Of a stretch of 51,747 bases of DNA, positions 1-10,399 are shown piece by piece. A program made the translations under genes and the position numbers. Below the pieces are notes generated by a model, which was given only the letters and a program-made list of their open reading frames with translations, had not been told where the DNA came from and ran no database searches. Position 1 is the stretch's first letter; each line of letters begins with the position of its first letter. The DNA is from an uncultured Pelagibacteraceae bacterium. GTDB lineage: Bacteria > Pseudomonadota > Alphaproteobacteria > Pelagibacterales > AG-422-B15. The DNA is taken from NCBI GenBank assembly GCA_902580665.1, contig CACHLP010000004.1:1-51747 (forward strand), read 5' to 3'.

Positions 1-359
1 AACCTAACATGGTAATTTCAGGTACAGAAAATAGTCATCAAGCAAATTATAAGGAAGTTGCAGAAAAAACTCTAGATTGCCTAAAATCGTCTGTGCCTGA
101 TGAATTGCCAGGTATTGTTTTTCTATCGGGTGGTCAATCTGATATTGATGCAACTGCACACTTAGATGAGATGAATAAAATTGGTGGGCTTAAATGGAAA
201 CTAAGCTTCTCTTATGGGAGAGCATTGCAGCAAGCAGCATTGAAAGCTTGGTCGGGTAATGACAGTAATCTAGAGGATGCGCAAAAAGCATTTGGCCATC
301 GTGCAATCATGAACATGAAAGCTTCTTTAGGTGAATGGAGCGAGTCACTTGAGGCTTAA
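1..359 (+). CDS. fbaB: Fructose-bisphosphate aldolase class I, 5'-truncated by window edge
   Basis: PNMV, PGIVFLSGGQS and SFSYGRALQ motifs; frame open to the window start. Confidence 0.93.
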   Translation, partial: PNMVISGTENSHQANYKEVAEKTLDCLKSSVPDELPGIVFLSGGQSDIDATAHLDEMNKIGGLKWKLSFSYGRALQQAALKAWSGNDSNLEDAQKAFGHRAIMNMKASLGEWSESLEA

Positions 360-363
360 TTAA

Positions 364-927
364 ATGAAAATTAATGGAAATTCTGTAAAACCTGGAATGA
401 TTTTAGAGCATAAGGGTGAGTTGTGGACTGTTGCCAAATCACAATCTGTAAAACCTGGTAAGGGTGGAGCATTTAATCAGGTTGAAATGAAAAATATTAA
501 AACTGGATCAAAACTAAATGAGAGGTTCAGAGCTTCTGAGGAAGTAGAGCGTGTACGAGTAGATGAAGAAAAGTACCAATATTTATATAAACAAGATGCT
601 AAACTGGTTTTTATGAATACTGAGTCCTACGAACAAATAGAACTAGATTCAGAAATTGCTGGGGATCGAATGGCCTTGATGAGTGAAAATGATGAAGTTA
701 TAATTGAAATGTACAATGACAAGGCAATTGGAATACAACTTCCAAAAACACTCTCCTTTATTGTTAATGAAACGGAAGCGGTTGTTAAGGGTCAAACAGC
801 TGCATCCTCAAATAAACCTGCGATATTAGAGAATGGCATAAGAGTAATGGTGCCACCTTTTATTGAGCAAGGCGAGAGAATTGAAATTAACACTGAGGAT
901 TTAACCTATTCTAAAAGAATTGACTAA
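364..927 (+). CDS. efp: Translation elongation factor P
   Basis: KPGKGGAF loop, KGQTAASSNKPA, VPPFI; 187 aa. Confidence 0.97.
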   Translation: MKINGNSVKPGMILEHKGELWTVAKSQSVKPGKGGAFNQVEMKNIKTGSKLNERFRASEEVERVRVDEEKYQYLYKQDAKLVFMNTESYEQIELDSEIAGDRMALMSENDEVIIEMYNDKAIGIQLPKTLSFIVNETEAVVKGQTAASSNKPAILENGIRVMVPPFIEQGERIEINTEDLTYSKRID

Positions 928-1709
928 TGAGTTACTCAGATCCTTACATAAATGCAATATTCCTTGCTTCAAGAAAAGTAAGTAAAAATCTCATAAGAGA
1001 CTTCGGAGAGGTTGAAAAATTGCAGGTATCTTTAAAGGGAGTTTCTGATTTTGTCTCTTTAGCAGACACCCGAGCAGAAAAACAAATAATAAAAGAACTT
1101 ACTTATTCTTATCCTAAAATAAATATTCTTGCTGAAGAAAATGGAACTATAGAAAACTCAGACGAAAATATAAGATGGATAATCGATCCTATCGATGGTA
1201 CGAGTAATTTTGTTTTTAGTATTCCCCATTTTGCAATTTCAATTGCCTTAGAAAAAGACAATGAAATTATTGTAGGTGGAGTGTATCAGCCGCTAACAGA
1301 TGAATTTTTTTGGGCGGTAAAAGGTAGGGGCGCCTTTTGTAATAACCTAAGACTGAGAGTATCGTTAAGGGAAAACTTAGAAGACTGCATGATTGGAACA
1401 GGCATTCCTCACAGAGGAATGAAAGGACATGAAGATTATCTGCCTGGACTTAAAACAGTAATGAAAAATGTAAGCGGAGTAAGAAGATTAGGAGCTGCAT
1501 CTTTGGATCTAGCATATGTTGCTGCAGGCAAGTATGACGGTTATTGGGAAAAAAACTTAAAGCTCGTTGATATCGCTGCAGGATCATTAATTGTAAAAGA
1601 GGCAGGAGGAAAAGTAACTGACTTTGAAGGAAGAGAGGGTTATCTTAAATCAGGAAGTGTTCTTGCAACTAACTTTAGAATCCATGACCAACTTCAAAGA
1701 ATAATTTAA
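927..1709 (+). CDS. suhB: Inositol monophosphatase family protein SuhB
   Basis: RDFGEVEKLQVS, WIIDPIDGTSNF, RRLGAASLDLAYVA; follows efp as is usual in alphaproteobacteria. Confidence 0.92.
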   Translation: MSYSDPYINAIFLASRKVSKNLIRDFGEVEKLQVSLKGVSDFVSLADTRAEKQIIKELTYSYPKINILAEENGTIENSDENIRWIIDPIDGTSNFVFSIPHFAISIALEKDNEIIVGGVYQPLTDEFFWAVKGRGAFCNNLRLRVSLRENLEDCMIGTGIPHRGMKGHEDYLPGLKTVMKNVSGVRRLGAASLDLAYVAAGKYDGYWEKNLKLVDIAAGSLIVKEAGGKVTDFEGREGYLKSGSVLATNFRIHDQLQRII

Positions 1710-2012
1710 TTATATTTTTATACCAAATCTATTTAAAATTTTCTTTTCAAAGTTCCAAAAATATTGAAATTGTCCAAAAGGAAGGGCAACTAATAACAAT
1801 AATATTTGATATATAAAAAATAAAAAAATAACTCTGATTGGCCAAAATATAATTGGATTTAAGTCTTCCTCTTGCAAGCCAATGATTTTAAAAAATTCTA
1901 TTGTTATATAAAGTGACAATGATCCTGTGATTGCAAATACTATCATTATTAGAGTAAACTGCCAAAAACTCATTATATTGAGCCTTTTCATCATTGCATA
2001 AACTATTCTCAT
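1710..2012 (-). CDS. Small membrane protein, DUF6787-like
   Basis: Two hydrophobic segments; IVFAITGS and FGQFQYFWNFEKK motifs recalled for this family. Confidence 0.65.
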   Translation of the reverse strand: MRIVYAMMKRLNIMSFWQFTLIMIVFAITGSLSLYITIEFFKIIGLQEEDLNPIIFWPIRVIFLFFIYQILLLLVALPFGQFQYFWNFEKKILNRFGIKI

Positions 2013-2083
2013 AGAAATTCACTAAATAAATATTGATCAGAATTATTATATAGGTTAATTAACCTCAAAATTAACTAAATAAA

Positions 2084-2302
2084 ATGAAAAAAGATAAACA
2101 TCCAAATTATCACACAATTAACGTTGTAATGACAGATGGCACGAAGTTTGAAACTAAGTCTACATGGGGAAAAGAAGGAGATACAATGTCACTTGATATA
2201 GATCCTTTATCTCATCCTGCATGGACTGGTGGGCAGCAAAAAATTCAAGATAAAGGTCAAGTAAGCAGATTTAAGAAGAGATTTAGCAATCTTAAAACTT
2301 AA
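2084..2302 (+). CDS. rpmE: 50S ribosomal protein L31 (Cys-free form)
   Basis: [10 protein letters not shown]...MTDG...[14 protein letters not shown]. Confidence 0.97.
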   Translation: MKKDKHPNYHTINVVMTDGTKFETKSTWGKEGDTMSLDIDPLSHPAWTGGQQKIQDKGQVSRFKKRFSNLKT

Positions 2303-2311
2303 ACCTGAAAC

Positions 2312-2340
2312 CTTGAAATCAAGTTAATTATCACAATATA
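2312..2340 (+). promoter_or_regulatory. Putative RpoH (sigma32) promoter of ibpA
   Basis: CTTGAA (2312-2317) followed by CACAATAT (2332-2339), upstream of a small heat-shock gene. Confidence 0.55.
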
Positions 2341-2345
2341 TATTC

Positions 2346-2434
2346 TGCTGATGGCAATAATGTATCAGCAAAATTTGCCTAGCTTAATATAAGTAGGCTA
2401 TAACTTTTAATCGCTTAAGGAGGATTAAACTATG
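2346..2434 (+). promoter_or_regulatory. ROSE-like RNA thermometer in the ibpA 5' UTR
   Basis: Three consecutive hairpins (TGCTGAT/ATCAGCA; GCCTA/TAGGC; TTTAATCGCTT/GAGGATTAAA). The last carries UCGCU paired to the SD sequence with a bulged G. Confidence 0.7.
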
Positions 2435-2860
2435 ACTACATTTGACTTATCGCCACTACTGCGCTCAAGCGTAGGTTTTGACGCATTTGACAATATTTTT
2501 GACTCTGTTTTTAATATTAACGAGACTGGAAGTGCATACCCGCCTTACAATATTGTGAAATCGGGTAATAATTATACCATAACACTTGCAGTAGCTGGTT
2601 TTTCAATGTCTAACTTAGACATTTCAGTTCAAGAAAATGAGCTAATAATCAGTGGAAAGACCAATGATTCTGAAAATAATGTTGAGTTCTTGCATAAAGG
2701 TATTGCTGGCAGAAGTTTTGAAAGAAAATTTCGATTAGCTGACACTATCAAAGTATCTGATGCAAACTATGAGAATGGTTTATTGCATGTATTTCTTGAA
2801 AGGGAAATTCCAGAACATCAAAAACCTAGAAAAATAGAAATTAATAATAAAATTAATTAA
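2432..2860 (+). CDS. ibpA: Small heat shock protein IbpA (Hsp20)
   Basis: FDLSPLLRSSVGFD, YPPYNI, LAVAGF, FLHKGIAGRSFERKF; SD AGGAGG at 2418-2423. Confidence 0.95.
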   Translation: MTTFDLSPLLRSSVGFDAFDNIFDSVFNINETGSAYPPYNIVKSGNNYTITLAVAGFSMSNLDISVQENELIISGKTNDSENNVEFLHKGIAGRSFERKFRLADTIKVSDANYENGLLHVFLEREIPEHQKPRKIEINNKIN

Positions 2861-2869
2861 TATTAATAT

Positions 2870-2897
2870 GGAGCTGCTGATAATATTTAGCAGCTCC
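2870..2897 (+). terminator. Hairpin downstream of ibpA, probable intrinsic terminator
   Basis: GGAGCTGCT...AGCAGCTCC 9-bp stem followed by a T-rich tail. Confidence 0.65.
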
Positions 2898-2908
2898 TCT
2901 ATATTTTT

Positions 2909-3886
2909 ATGAAAGCAATTACTTATGACAAGTTTGGAGGCCCTGAAGTCCTATATATATCTGACAACATAGAGACACCAAAGGTTAGTAATGAAGAAGT
3001 ATTAATTAAAGTACATGCAGCAGGAATTAATAGACCAGACATATTGCAACGCAAGGGGCAATATCCACCCCCTAAAGGCGCTTCAGAGATACTTGGACTA
3101 GAGGTTTCAGGAACTATTGTAGATTGTGGTGAAGGTATTCATAAAGAATTTCTTGACAAAAATGTTTGTGCTCTACTTACTGGTGGTGGATATGCTGAAT
3201 ATGTGAAATGCCATAAATCAACAATACTACCTGTTCCCAAAGGAATTTCGCTTAGTGATGCTTGCACTATCCCTGAAACTTTTTTTACTGTATGGACAAA
3301 TTTATTTGACCTTGCGAAACTTAAAAGAAATGAAACACTGCTTATTCACGGCGGCGCTAGCGGTATTGGGTTAACCGCTGTTTCAATGGCAATGGCTTTT
3401 GGAGTGAAATGTATTGTTACAGTAGGATCTGATGAAAAAGAAAAGTATTTAAATTCTCTAAATGTAGAACGAGTAATTAATTATAAGACTGATGATTTTG
3501 AAAAAATAATTCTCAACGAGTATAAAGGTATTGATGTAATTTTGGATATGGTAGGAGGAAATTACTTCCAAAAAAATCTAAATATAATGAAACGTTTTGG
3601 AAGACTAATTAATATTGCATATCTTCAGGGCTCAAAGATTGAAGCGAATCTTCTTCCAATTATGTTAAAGAGATTAATCATTTCGGGATCTACTTTAAGA
3701 ACAAGGGCAAATAAAGAAAAGGCTGAAATAGCTGAAAATCTTAAAAAGAATATTTGGCCATTGATAGAAAATAACAATATTAAACTTCATATTGATAAAA
3801 AATTTGATATCAGTGATGTATCAAAAGCTCACCAATACATGGAAAATAATAAAAATATAGGTAAATTACTGCTAAATTTTGAGTAA
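2909..3886 (+). CDS. NAD(P)H-quinone oxidoreductase, PIG3 family (MDR)
   Basis: AAGINRPDILQRKGQYPPPKGASEILGLE, LIHGGASGIG, GSTLR. Confidence 0.9.
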   Translation: MKAITYDKFGGPEVLYISDNIETPKVSNEEVLIKVHAAGINRPDILQRKGQYPPPKGASEILGLEVSGTIVDCGEGIHKEFLDKNVCALLTGGGYAEYVKCHKSTILPVPKGISLSDACTIPETFFTVWTNLFDLAKLKRNETLLIHGGASGIGLTAVSMAMAFGVKCIVTVGSDEKEKYLNSLNVERVINYKTDDFEKIILNEYKGIDVILDMVGGNYFQKNLNIMKRFGRLINIAYLQGSKIEANLLPIMLKRLIISGSTLRTRANKEKAEIAENLKKNIWPLIENNNIKLHIDKKFDISDVSKAHQYMENNKNIGKLLLNFE

Positions 3887-3938
3887 AGCTTTAAAAAAAT
3901 GATAAACTAACATATAAGGATTTTCTTAATTACAGATT

Positions 3939-4580
3939 ATGAAAACAAAAAAATTACCACTTATGCCAAAAGCTACTGCAATTTGGCTTGTAGATAACAC
4001 TTCCCTATCTTTTAAACAGATTGGAGATTTCTGTGGCATGCATGAACTAGAAATCAAAGGTATTGCCGACGGCGAAGTAGGTGCAGGAATTAAAGGATTA
4101 AATCCAATTACTAGTGGTCAGTTAACTAAAGAGGAGATTGATAGATGTGTTGCATCTGAAGAAGAAGATCTTCAAATCATTGAAAATGAAATCTCTGAAA
4201 AAACAGAACAATCAAAGAAAAAAAAGAAATACACACCTCTATCTAAAAGACAAGATAGGCCAGATGCTGTTTATTGGTTGATTAGAAATCACCCTGAATT
4301 AAAAGACTCTCAGGTAGCTCGTTTAGTCGGAAGTACCAAAAATACTATAGATGGAATAAGAAAGAGAACTCATTGGAATATGGCGAACATCAGACCTCAA
4401 GACCCAATCGGTCTTGGTCTATGTAGGCAAATAGAATTAGATGAAGCTCTTGAGAAAGCTGAGCGGTCAATTAAGCGTGCTGAAAAGAAAAAAGCAAAAG
4501 AAGAAAAGCTAATCTTAGAGGAAATGAATATTCAAAATGAAGAGAATCCCTCCTCAGCAAATATAACTATAGACGAATAA
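3939..4580 (+). CDS. trcR: Cell-cycle transcriptional regulator TrcR (DUF1013)
   Basis: PLMPKATAIWLVDNT, YTPLSKRQDRPDA, RTHWN. Confidence 0.9.
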   Translation: MKTKKLPLMPKATAIWLVDNTSLSFKQIGDFCGMHELEIKGIADGEVGAGIKGLNPITSGQLTKEEIDRCVASEEEDLQIIENEISEKTEQSKKKKKYTPLSKRQDRPDAVYWLIRNHPELKDSQVARLVGSTKNTIDGIRKRTHWNMANIRPQDPIGLGLCRQIELDEALEKAERSIKRAEKKKAKEEKLILEEMNIQNEENPSSANITIDE

Positions 4581-4589
4581 GTTTTATTG

Positions 4590-5078
4590 ATGAAAAGTTT
4601 GCCACTCGTTAGCATAATAATGGGAAGTCAATCGGATTGGCCAACAATGAAACATGCATCAAAGATTCTAACTAAGTTTAAAATTAAACATGAGGTAAAG
4701 ATTGTTTCAGCCCACCGCACTCCGAAACGATTATACAAATATGCTGAAGAAGCTGACAAAAGAGGAATAAAAGTAATAATTGCAGGAGCTGGAGGAGCTG
4801 CTCATCTTCCTGGTATGACTGCTTCAATAAGTAATTTACCAGTACTTGGTGTTCCAGTTGAGTCTAAAAAATTAAAAGGATTGGATAGCTTATTATCAAT
4901 CGCTCAAATGCCTGCAGGTGTTCCAGTAGGGTCACTAGCTTTAGGAGAATCAGGGGCAAAAAATGCTGCCTTATTAGCAATCTCAATATTAAGTGGTGAA
5001 GATAAAATTCTTAAAAAAAAATATAAGAGTTGGCGTTTAAAGCAAACTCAATCAGTAAATATCAAACCTAAAAAATGA
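4590..5078 (+). CDS. purE: N5-CAIR mutase
   Basis: [27 protein letters not shown]. Confidence 0.97.
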   Translation: MKSLPLVSIIMGSQSDWPTMKHASKILTKFKIKHEVKIVSAHRTPKRLYKYAEEADKRGIKVIIAGAGGAAHLPGMTASISNLPVLGVPVESKKLKGLDSLLSIAQMPAGVPVGSLALGESGAKNAALLAISILSGEDKILKKKYKSWRLKQTQSVNIKPKK

Positions 5079-6148
5079 GTTTAAAAGTTTCCACCGTTGG
5101 TATTATTGGTGGTGGACAGCTTGGCATGTTCTTAGCTCATTCATGTAATAAGTTAGGGCTTAAAGCATTCGTTTACTCAGACAGCAAAAGTGTTCCCGCG
5201 GAAAAATATGCTGATAAGATGTTCTACGGTTCCTTTGAAGATGTTAAAAGTTTAAAAATATTTAGTAGTGAAGTAGATCTTATAACCTACGAATTTGAAA
5301 ATGTATCGACAAAAGCTCTTAAAAAATTAAAGAGAAAGAAAATATATCCACCTATTTCTGCACTGACTATTAGTCAGGATAGAAAAAAAGAGAAACAATT
5401 CTTCTCAAAAAATAAAATTAACCACGCAGGAATTGGTCTTCTAAATAACAAGAATAGTTTGAAAAAAATAAAAACTTCAATTCAGTATCCTGTAATATTA
5501 AAGACAACTAGATTTGGATACGATGGCAAAGGACAAGCATTAGTAAAAAATACCAAAAACTTAGAAAGAAAATGGAAAGAGAATGGTTATCAGGACTGTA
5601 TTATTGAAAGGAAAATTAATCTTAAAAAAGAAGTCTCAGTTATATGTGCCAGAGACATTAAACGAAATTTTTATTTTTATCCAACATTCGCCAATGTACA
5701 CAAAAACCATATACTTTGTGAAACAACATCTCCTAGTAGTATAAATACGGAAATTGAAGTTAAATTATTAAAATTATCAAAAAAAATTATAACAAAGCTT
5801 AATTATGTTGGATTATTAACGATTGAATTTTTCATTGATAAAGAAAATAATATCTTTGTTAATGAAATTGCTCCAAGGGTTCATAATTCTGGGCATATAA
5901 CGCTTGATAATGCAAATATAAGTCAATTTGAGTTGCATATAAAAGCCATTTCAGGAAAAAAAATTCTTAAACCCAAAATACTCAAAAAAGGACTTATGAG
6001 AAATCTTATAGGCAATGAAATAAAAAGAATAAAAAGAATAAAATCTTTGAGGAAATATAAAGACTTCAAAAAAAAAATTAAGTATGACTATGGCAAAAAG
6101 ATCGTAATAGGAGGCCGAAAAATGGGTCACATTAATTTTGTCTCATAA
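5075..6148 (+). CDS. purK: N5-CAIR synthase
   Basis: [33 protein letters not shown]; overlaps purE. Confidence 0.96.
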   Translation: MSLKVSTVGIIGGGQLGMFLAHSCNKLGLKAFVYSDSKSVPAEKYADKMFYGSFEDVKSLKIFSSEVDLITYEFENVSTKALKKLKRKKIYPPISALTISQDRKKEKQFFSKNKINHAGIGLLNNKNSLKKIKTSIQYPVILKTTRFGYDGKGQALVKNTKNLERKWKENGYQDCIIERKINLKKEVSVICARDIKRNFYFYPTFANVHKNHILCETTSPSSINTEIEVKLLKLSKKIITKLNYVGLLTIEFFIDKENNIFVNEIAPRVHNSGHITLDNANISQFELHIKAISGKKILKPKILKKGLMRNLIGNEIKRIKRIKSLRKYKDFKKKIKYDYGKKIVIGGRKMGHINFVS

Positions 6149-6235
6149 TTGAATATAATTTTATTTGGCTAGACAAAGGAATTCTAAGATGGTAAAAATC
6201 CACAATTTTAAAACGCTCTTAAGGAGGGCAATAAG

Positions 6236-6433
6236 ATAGTTGAAGTAAGTGTAAAAGATAATAACGTCGAAGGTGCTTTACGTATCCTCAAGAAAAAAAT
6301 GCAAAGAGAAGGCATTTTTAAAGAAATGAAAATGAGAACTTATTTCGAAAAACCTAGCCAGAAAAAATTAAGAGAAAAAGCAGAGAACATTCGTCGATCT
6401 AGAAAAATGGCTAGAAGAAAATTGTACAGCTAA
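6236..6433 (+). CDS. rpsU: 30S ribosomal protein S21 (not in ORF track; apparent ATA start)
   Basis: Manual translation (I/M)[43 protein letters not shown]...; SD AAGGAGG at 6221-6227. Confidence 0.93.
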   Translation: MVEVSVKDNNVEGALRILKKKMQREGIFKEMKMRTYFEKPSQKKLREKAENIRRSRKMARRKLYS

Positions 6434-6439
6434 GATTAG

Positions 6440-7840
6440 CTATAAAGCCTTAACAATACCCTCAACCATTTTTTTTGCATCAGAGAAGAGCATCATAGTA
6501 TTGTCTCTGTAAAATAATTCATTATCTACCCCGGCATAACCTAAACCTCTACCCCTCTTAACAAATAAAACTGTATTTGCATTTTCTACATCAAGGATTG
6601 GCATTCCATAAATTGGCGAAGAAGGATCAGTTTTAGCTATAGGGTTAGTTACGTCATTTGCTCCTATTACAAATGCTACATCTGCTTGAGAAAATTCTGA
6701 ATTGATATCTTCCAATTCAAAAACATCATCATATGGTACATTAGCCTCAGCTAACAAAACGTTCATATGACCAGGCATTCTTCCTGCAACTGGGTGAATT
6801 GCAAAAGTTACTTTAACTCCATTTTTTTTTAAGGCATCGGTCATCTCTTTTAATACGTGCTGAGCTTGAGCTACTGCCATTCCATAGCCTGGCACAATGA
6901 TCACAGATCCGGCATTTTTCATTATAAATGCTGCGTCATCAAAGCCACCCTCTTTTACAGGTCGTTGCTCTACATCTTTATTAACTGCAATATCATCACC
7001 CCCGAAACCACCTAATATTACACTTATGAATGATCTGTTCATTGCGGCACACATTATATATGAAAGTATGGCGCCAGATGATCCAACTAAGGCACCAGTA
7101 ATTATTAGTGCTGTATTTCCAAGTGTAAACCCAATGCCCGCTGCAGCCCATCCTGAATATGAATTAAGCATAGATACAACCACTGGCATATCTGCTCCAC
7201 CAATCGGAATAATAATAAGAAAGCCTATTAAAAATGATAGTGCGATAATTGTTAAATATATCTTTTGATCTTGATTGAAGCAAAAATATACAATGCCAGC
7301 AATAATTATAATCCCAATAAGTAAATTGAGCATATGTTGACCTTTAAATACTATCGGAGAACCAGACATTATTCCTTGAAGTTTACCGAACGCGATCACA
7401 GAGCCAGAAAAAGTAATTGCACCTATCACTGCCCCTAAAGACATTTCAACTAAACTTAGAGTTTTTATATTTCCCAAGGTACCAATCTTAAATGCCTCTG
7501 GTGCATAAAATGCTGCAAGCGCAACAAATACAGCGGCTAAACCTACTAGGCTATGGAAACCAGCAACCAACTGTGGCATGTCTGTCATAGCAATTCTTTT
7601 CGCTATAATTGCCCCTACTATTCCGCCAAATGCAATTGCAACTATAACAAATACGATAGTTTGCACATCTGAAGTAAAGAAATTTACCGAGAATAAAGTT
7701 GCTAAAATAGCAATTACCATTCCTAAGATACCAAAAATATTTCCTCTTCTGGAACTTTCTGGAGATGAGAGCCCTCTTAAAGCAATAATAAAAAATACAC
7801 CAGATACAACATATGCAATGGCAACTAAGTTTGTGAGCAT
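6440..7840 (-). CDS. pntB: NAD(P) transhydrogenase subunit beta
   Basis: [45 protein letters not shown]. Confidence 0.97.
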   Translation of the reverse strand: MLTNLVAIAYVVSGVFFIIALRGLSSPESSRRGNIFGILGMVIAILATLFSVNFFTSDVQTIVFVIVAIAFGGIVGAIIAKRIAMTDMPQLVAGFHSLVGLAAVFVALAAFYAPEAFKIGTLGNIKTLSLVEMSLGAVIGAITFSGSVIAFGKLQGIMSGSPIVFKGQHMLNLLIGIIIIAGIVYFCFNQDQKIYLTIIALSFLIGFLIIIPIGGADMPVVVSMLNSYSGWAAAGIGFTLGNTALIITGALVGSSGAILSYIMCAAMNRSFISVILGGFGGDDIAVNKDVEQRPVKEGGFDDAAFIMKNAGSVIIVPGYGMAVAQAQHVLKEMTDALKKNGVKVTFAIHPVAGRMPGHMNVLLAEANVPYDDVFELEDINSEFSQADVAFVIGANDVTNPIAKTDPSSPIYGMPILDVENANTVLFVKRGRGLGYAGVDNELFYRDNTMMLFSDAKKMVEGIVKAL

Positions 7841-8163
7841 TATTCTTTATCCTCTTTCTTTGGTTTTTTCTTATACATTGCAAGCATTCTCTGTGTTACC
7901 AGAAACCCACCAAATATATTCACAGCAGCCAAGAGTACAGCAAGAAAGCCAAAACCTTTAGAGAGATTTCCTAAAAGTGATAGATCACTACTGAGAACTA
8001 AAGCAAATAATCCACCAACAATTATAACTGATGATATTGCATTAGTGACTGCCATCAAAGGTGTGTGTAGGGCAGGTGTAACGCTCCATACAACGTAATA
8101 TCCAATAAAAATCGATAAAACAAATATTGTTAATCTGAAAATATTTGGATCAACTAATTCCAT
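7840..8163 (-). CDS. pntAB: NAD(P) transhydrogenase subunit alpha, part 2
   Basis: [31 protein letters not shown]. Confidence 0.95.
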   Translation of the reverse strand: MELVDPNIFRLTIFVLSIFIGYYVVWSVTPALHTPLMAVTNAISSVIIVGGLFALVLSSDLSLLGNLSKGFGFLAVLLAAVNIFGGFLVTQRMLAMYKKKPKKEDKE

Positions 8164-9284
8164 TATATAAACTCCTCATTAGTTATTTCTTTATTCTTAG
8201 TTACAAGTATGCCTTTTACAATTTCATCATCCCAATCAATGCTTAATTCCTTTGTCTCACTATCAATTAATAAGTCTAAAAAATTTAAAACATTTTTAGA
8301 AAAAAGGGATGAGGCATCTTGAGAAATGGTCGATGTAATATTTTTTACACCTACAACAATTACCCCATTCACATTATTTGTTTCACCTACAGTTGAGCAT
8401 TCACAATTGCCTCCACTTTCAGCAGCTAAATCAATAATTATTGATCCTGGCTTCATAGAATTAACTTGCTCTTTTGAAATTAATAGTGGAGCTTTCTTAC
8501 CTGGAATTAAAGCTGTACATATAGCAATATCTTGAGATGCTAAAGTTTCAGAAATTAGATTTGCCTGCTTTAATTTAAATTCTTCACTCATCTCCTTTGC
8601 ATATCCTCCAGATGTCTCTGCGTCTTTAGCTTCATCACCCTCGACCATCACAAATTTACCCCCTAAGCTTTCAACCTGCTCTTTTGCAGCCATTCTGACA
8701 TCAGTTGCAGAAACGATTGCTCCTAATCTTTTTGCTGTAGCAATAGCTTGCAATCCTGCAACGCCAGCCCCAAATACCATGACCTTAGCAGGGGCTATTG
8801 TTCCTGCTGCTGTCATCATCATGGGCATCGCTTTATTAAAAAGATAAGTAGCATCAATAACAGCTTTGTATCCTGCTAAATTTGATTGTGACGACAAAAT
8901 ATCCATAGATTGAGCTCTCGTTATTCTAGGCATTAATTCCATTGCAAATGACGTTACACCTTTATCTTTCAATTTGATCAGTGTTTCACTATTGTTATAT
9001 GGATCGAGTGATGCAATTAGTACTGATCCCTCATTCATAAGTGCGATCTCCTCGTCGTTTGGTTTATTAATTTTAAGTATCAAATCAGATTTACTAATAT
9101 CAGTAATTTCATTGGATATCCTTGCTCCACTTTTAATGTAATCCTCATTAGAGAAATTTGAGTTTAATCCAGCATCATATTGTATGACCACATTAAGACC
9201 CCAGTCTTTCATCTTCTTTACAGTATCTGGAGAGGCTGCCACTCTGGAGTCAGAATTACTTTCTTTGAGAATATAAACTTGCAT
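8163..9284 (-). CDS. pntA: NAD(P) transhydrogenase subunit alpha, part 1
   Basis: PRITRAQSMD, GAGVAGLQAI, SGGYAKEMS. Confidence 0.96.
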   Translation of the reverse strand: MQVYILKESNSDSRVAASPDTVKKMKDWGLNVVIQYDAGLNSNFSNEDYIKSGARISNEITDISKSDLILKINKPNDEEIALMNEGSVLIASLDPYNNSETLIKLKDKGVTSFAMELMPRITRAQSMDILSSQSNLAGYKAVIDATYLFNKAMPMMMTAAGTIAPAKVMVFGAGVAGLQAIATAKRLGAIVSATDVRMAAKEQVESLGGKFVMVEGDEAKDAETSGGYAKEMSEEFKLKQANLISETLASQDIAICTALIPGKKAPLLISKEQVNSMKPGSIIIDLAAESGGNCECSTVGETNNVNGVIVVGVKNITSTISQDASSLFSKNVLNFLDLLIDSETKELSIDWDDEIVKGILVTKNKEITNEEFI

Positions 9285-9296
9285 AATGAATAGAAT

Positions 9297-9407
9297 TTAC
9301 AATAAGAAAATTGCCATAAATACTAGGACTAAGATCACTCCCACAGATCCCCAAACAACCAGCTTTCCGAAAAATGAGTAGGTTTTCTTTTGTTCTGAAA
9401 TGTCCAT
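9297..9407 (-). CDS. aa3-type cytochrome c oxidase subunit IV (36 aa, not in ORF track)
   Basis: Manual translation MDISEQKKTYSFFGKLVVWGSVGVILVLVFMAIFLL: MDI.EQ.KTY..F motif plus one TM helix; directly upstream of pntA. Confidence 0.8.
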   Translation of the reverse strand: MDISEQKKTYSFFGKLVVWGSVGVILVLVFMAIFLL

Positions 9408-9496
9408 AATATTCAGTGTAATATATTTCTTAATTTATAATTTAACAGCATTATTTTTATATAAGTTTTAGCACATAAATTTATTTTATTAAATTT

Positions 9497-10399
9497 TTAC
9501 AATGCTTTAGAGGGCTTCGAATGTTCCCAATCTATTACGAGAGATCTCAAGGCTGCAACTAGCGCTAAAGGTTGATCTACCATTATATGATGATGGGCTT
9601 CAGGAATATTTATAATAGGAGATTTTTTGTCCATCAGCTCGTGCATATATTTTGCACTTCGACCAGGAAAAAGAAGTGACTTCTCACCTCTAAATATCGC
9701 AACCCTACATTTTAAACCCTTAAGCTTATTGCGATACATTGCTTGCCTTTCAGCAAAACTATCACTATTAAAAATTTTCATATAATTTGGATCAAACTTC
9801 CATGTCCATCCACCCCTTACCTTTTTAATAGATTTGTCTGCAATATAATCCATTACATAATCAAGTGCATCACTTTGTGAAGGAACAAGTCTAAACCTTT
9901 TTCTTATATCTGATTGCTTTTTATAAATTTTATTAGCTCTTATTTTTAAGTCAAATTTTGGTGGCTTCTCTGAGGGAGGCATTATTGCAGTATCCACGAT
10001 GACAAGGCCGTAAAGAGTTTTTTTCATAGATGAAGCAGCAATTACGCTGCACATTCCGCCTAAACTATGCCCAACTAAAATTGGTTTCTTAAGTTTCTCT
10101 TTTTTACAAACTCCAACTATTTCATCACCCCATGACTCAATGGAGTAATTTTTTTTCCAATCACTTTCACCCATACCCCCTAAATTCATTGCTACGACTC
10201 TATGCGTTTTCGCAAAATATGGCGCAATAAAATTCCACCATTCAGCGTGCGCCATTCCACCATGAACGAATACTAGTCCAGGATTTTTTTTATCACCCCA
10301 AATATTATAAACTATTTTTGTGCCCTTAACTTTAACACAACATATTTCTGGATTTTTAGCGATAGAGTCTTTAAACCATTGAGGCGTATTTGTATTCAT
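9497..10399 (-). CDS. Alpha/beta fold hydrolase
   Basis: VHGG oxyanion motif, GHSLGG nucleophile elbow, C-terminal HH. Confidence 0.88.
   Translation of the reverse strand: MNTNTPQWFKDSIAKNPEICCVKVKGTKIVYNIWGDKKNPGLVFVHGGMAHAEWWNFIAPYFAKTHRVVAMNLGGMGESDWKKNYSIESWGDEIVGVCKKEKLKKPILVGHSLGGMCSVIAASSMKKTLYGLVIVDTAIMPPSEKPPKFDLKIRANKIYKKQSDIRKRFRLVPSQSDALDYVMDYIADKSIKKVRGGWTWKFDPNYMKIFNSDSFAERQAMYRNKLKGLKCRVAIFRGEKSLLFPGRSAKYMHELMDKKSPIINIPEAHHHIMVDQPLALVAALRSLVIDWEHSKPSKAL

Noticed and set aside
2084-2302. Zinc-free L31 (and L36) as a zinc-starvation adaptation
   Set aside because: Cys-free forms are the norm in alphaproteobacteria
6897-8535. Antisense and alternate-frame ORFs over pntAB, and similar shadow ORFs over galE, the GtrB-like gene, gmd, ispG and lysC
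   Set aside because: Fully overlap well-supported genes and have no recognisable motifs
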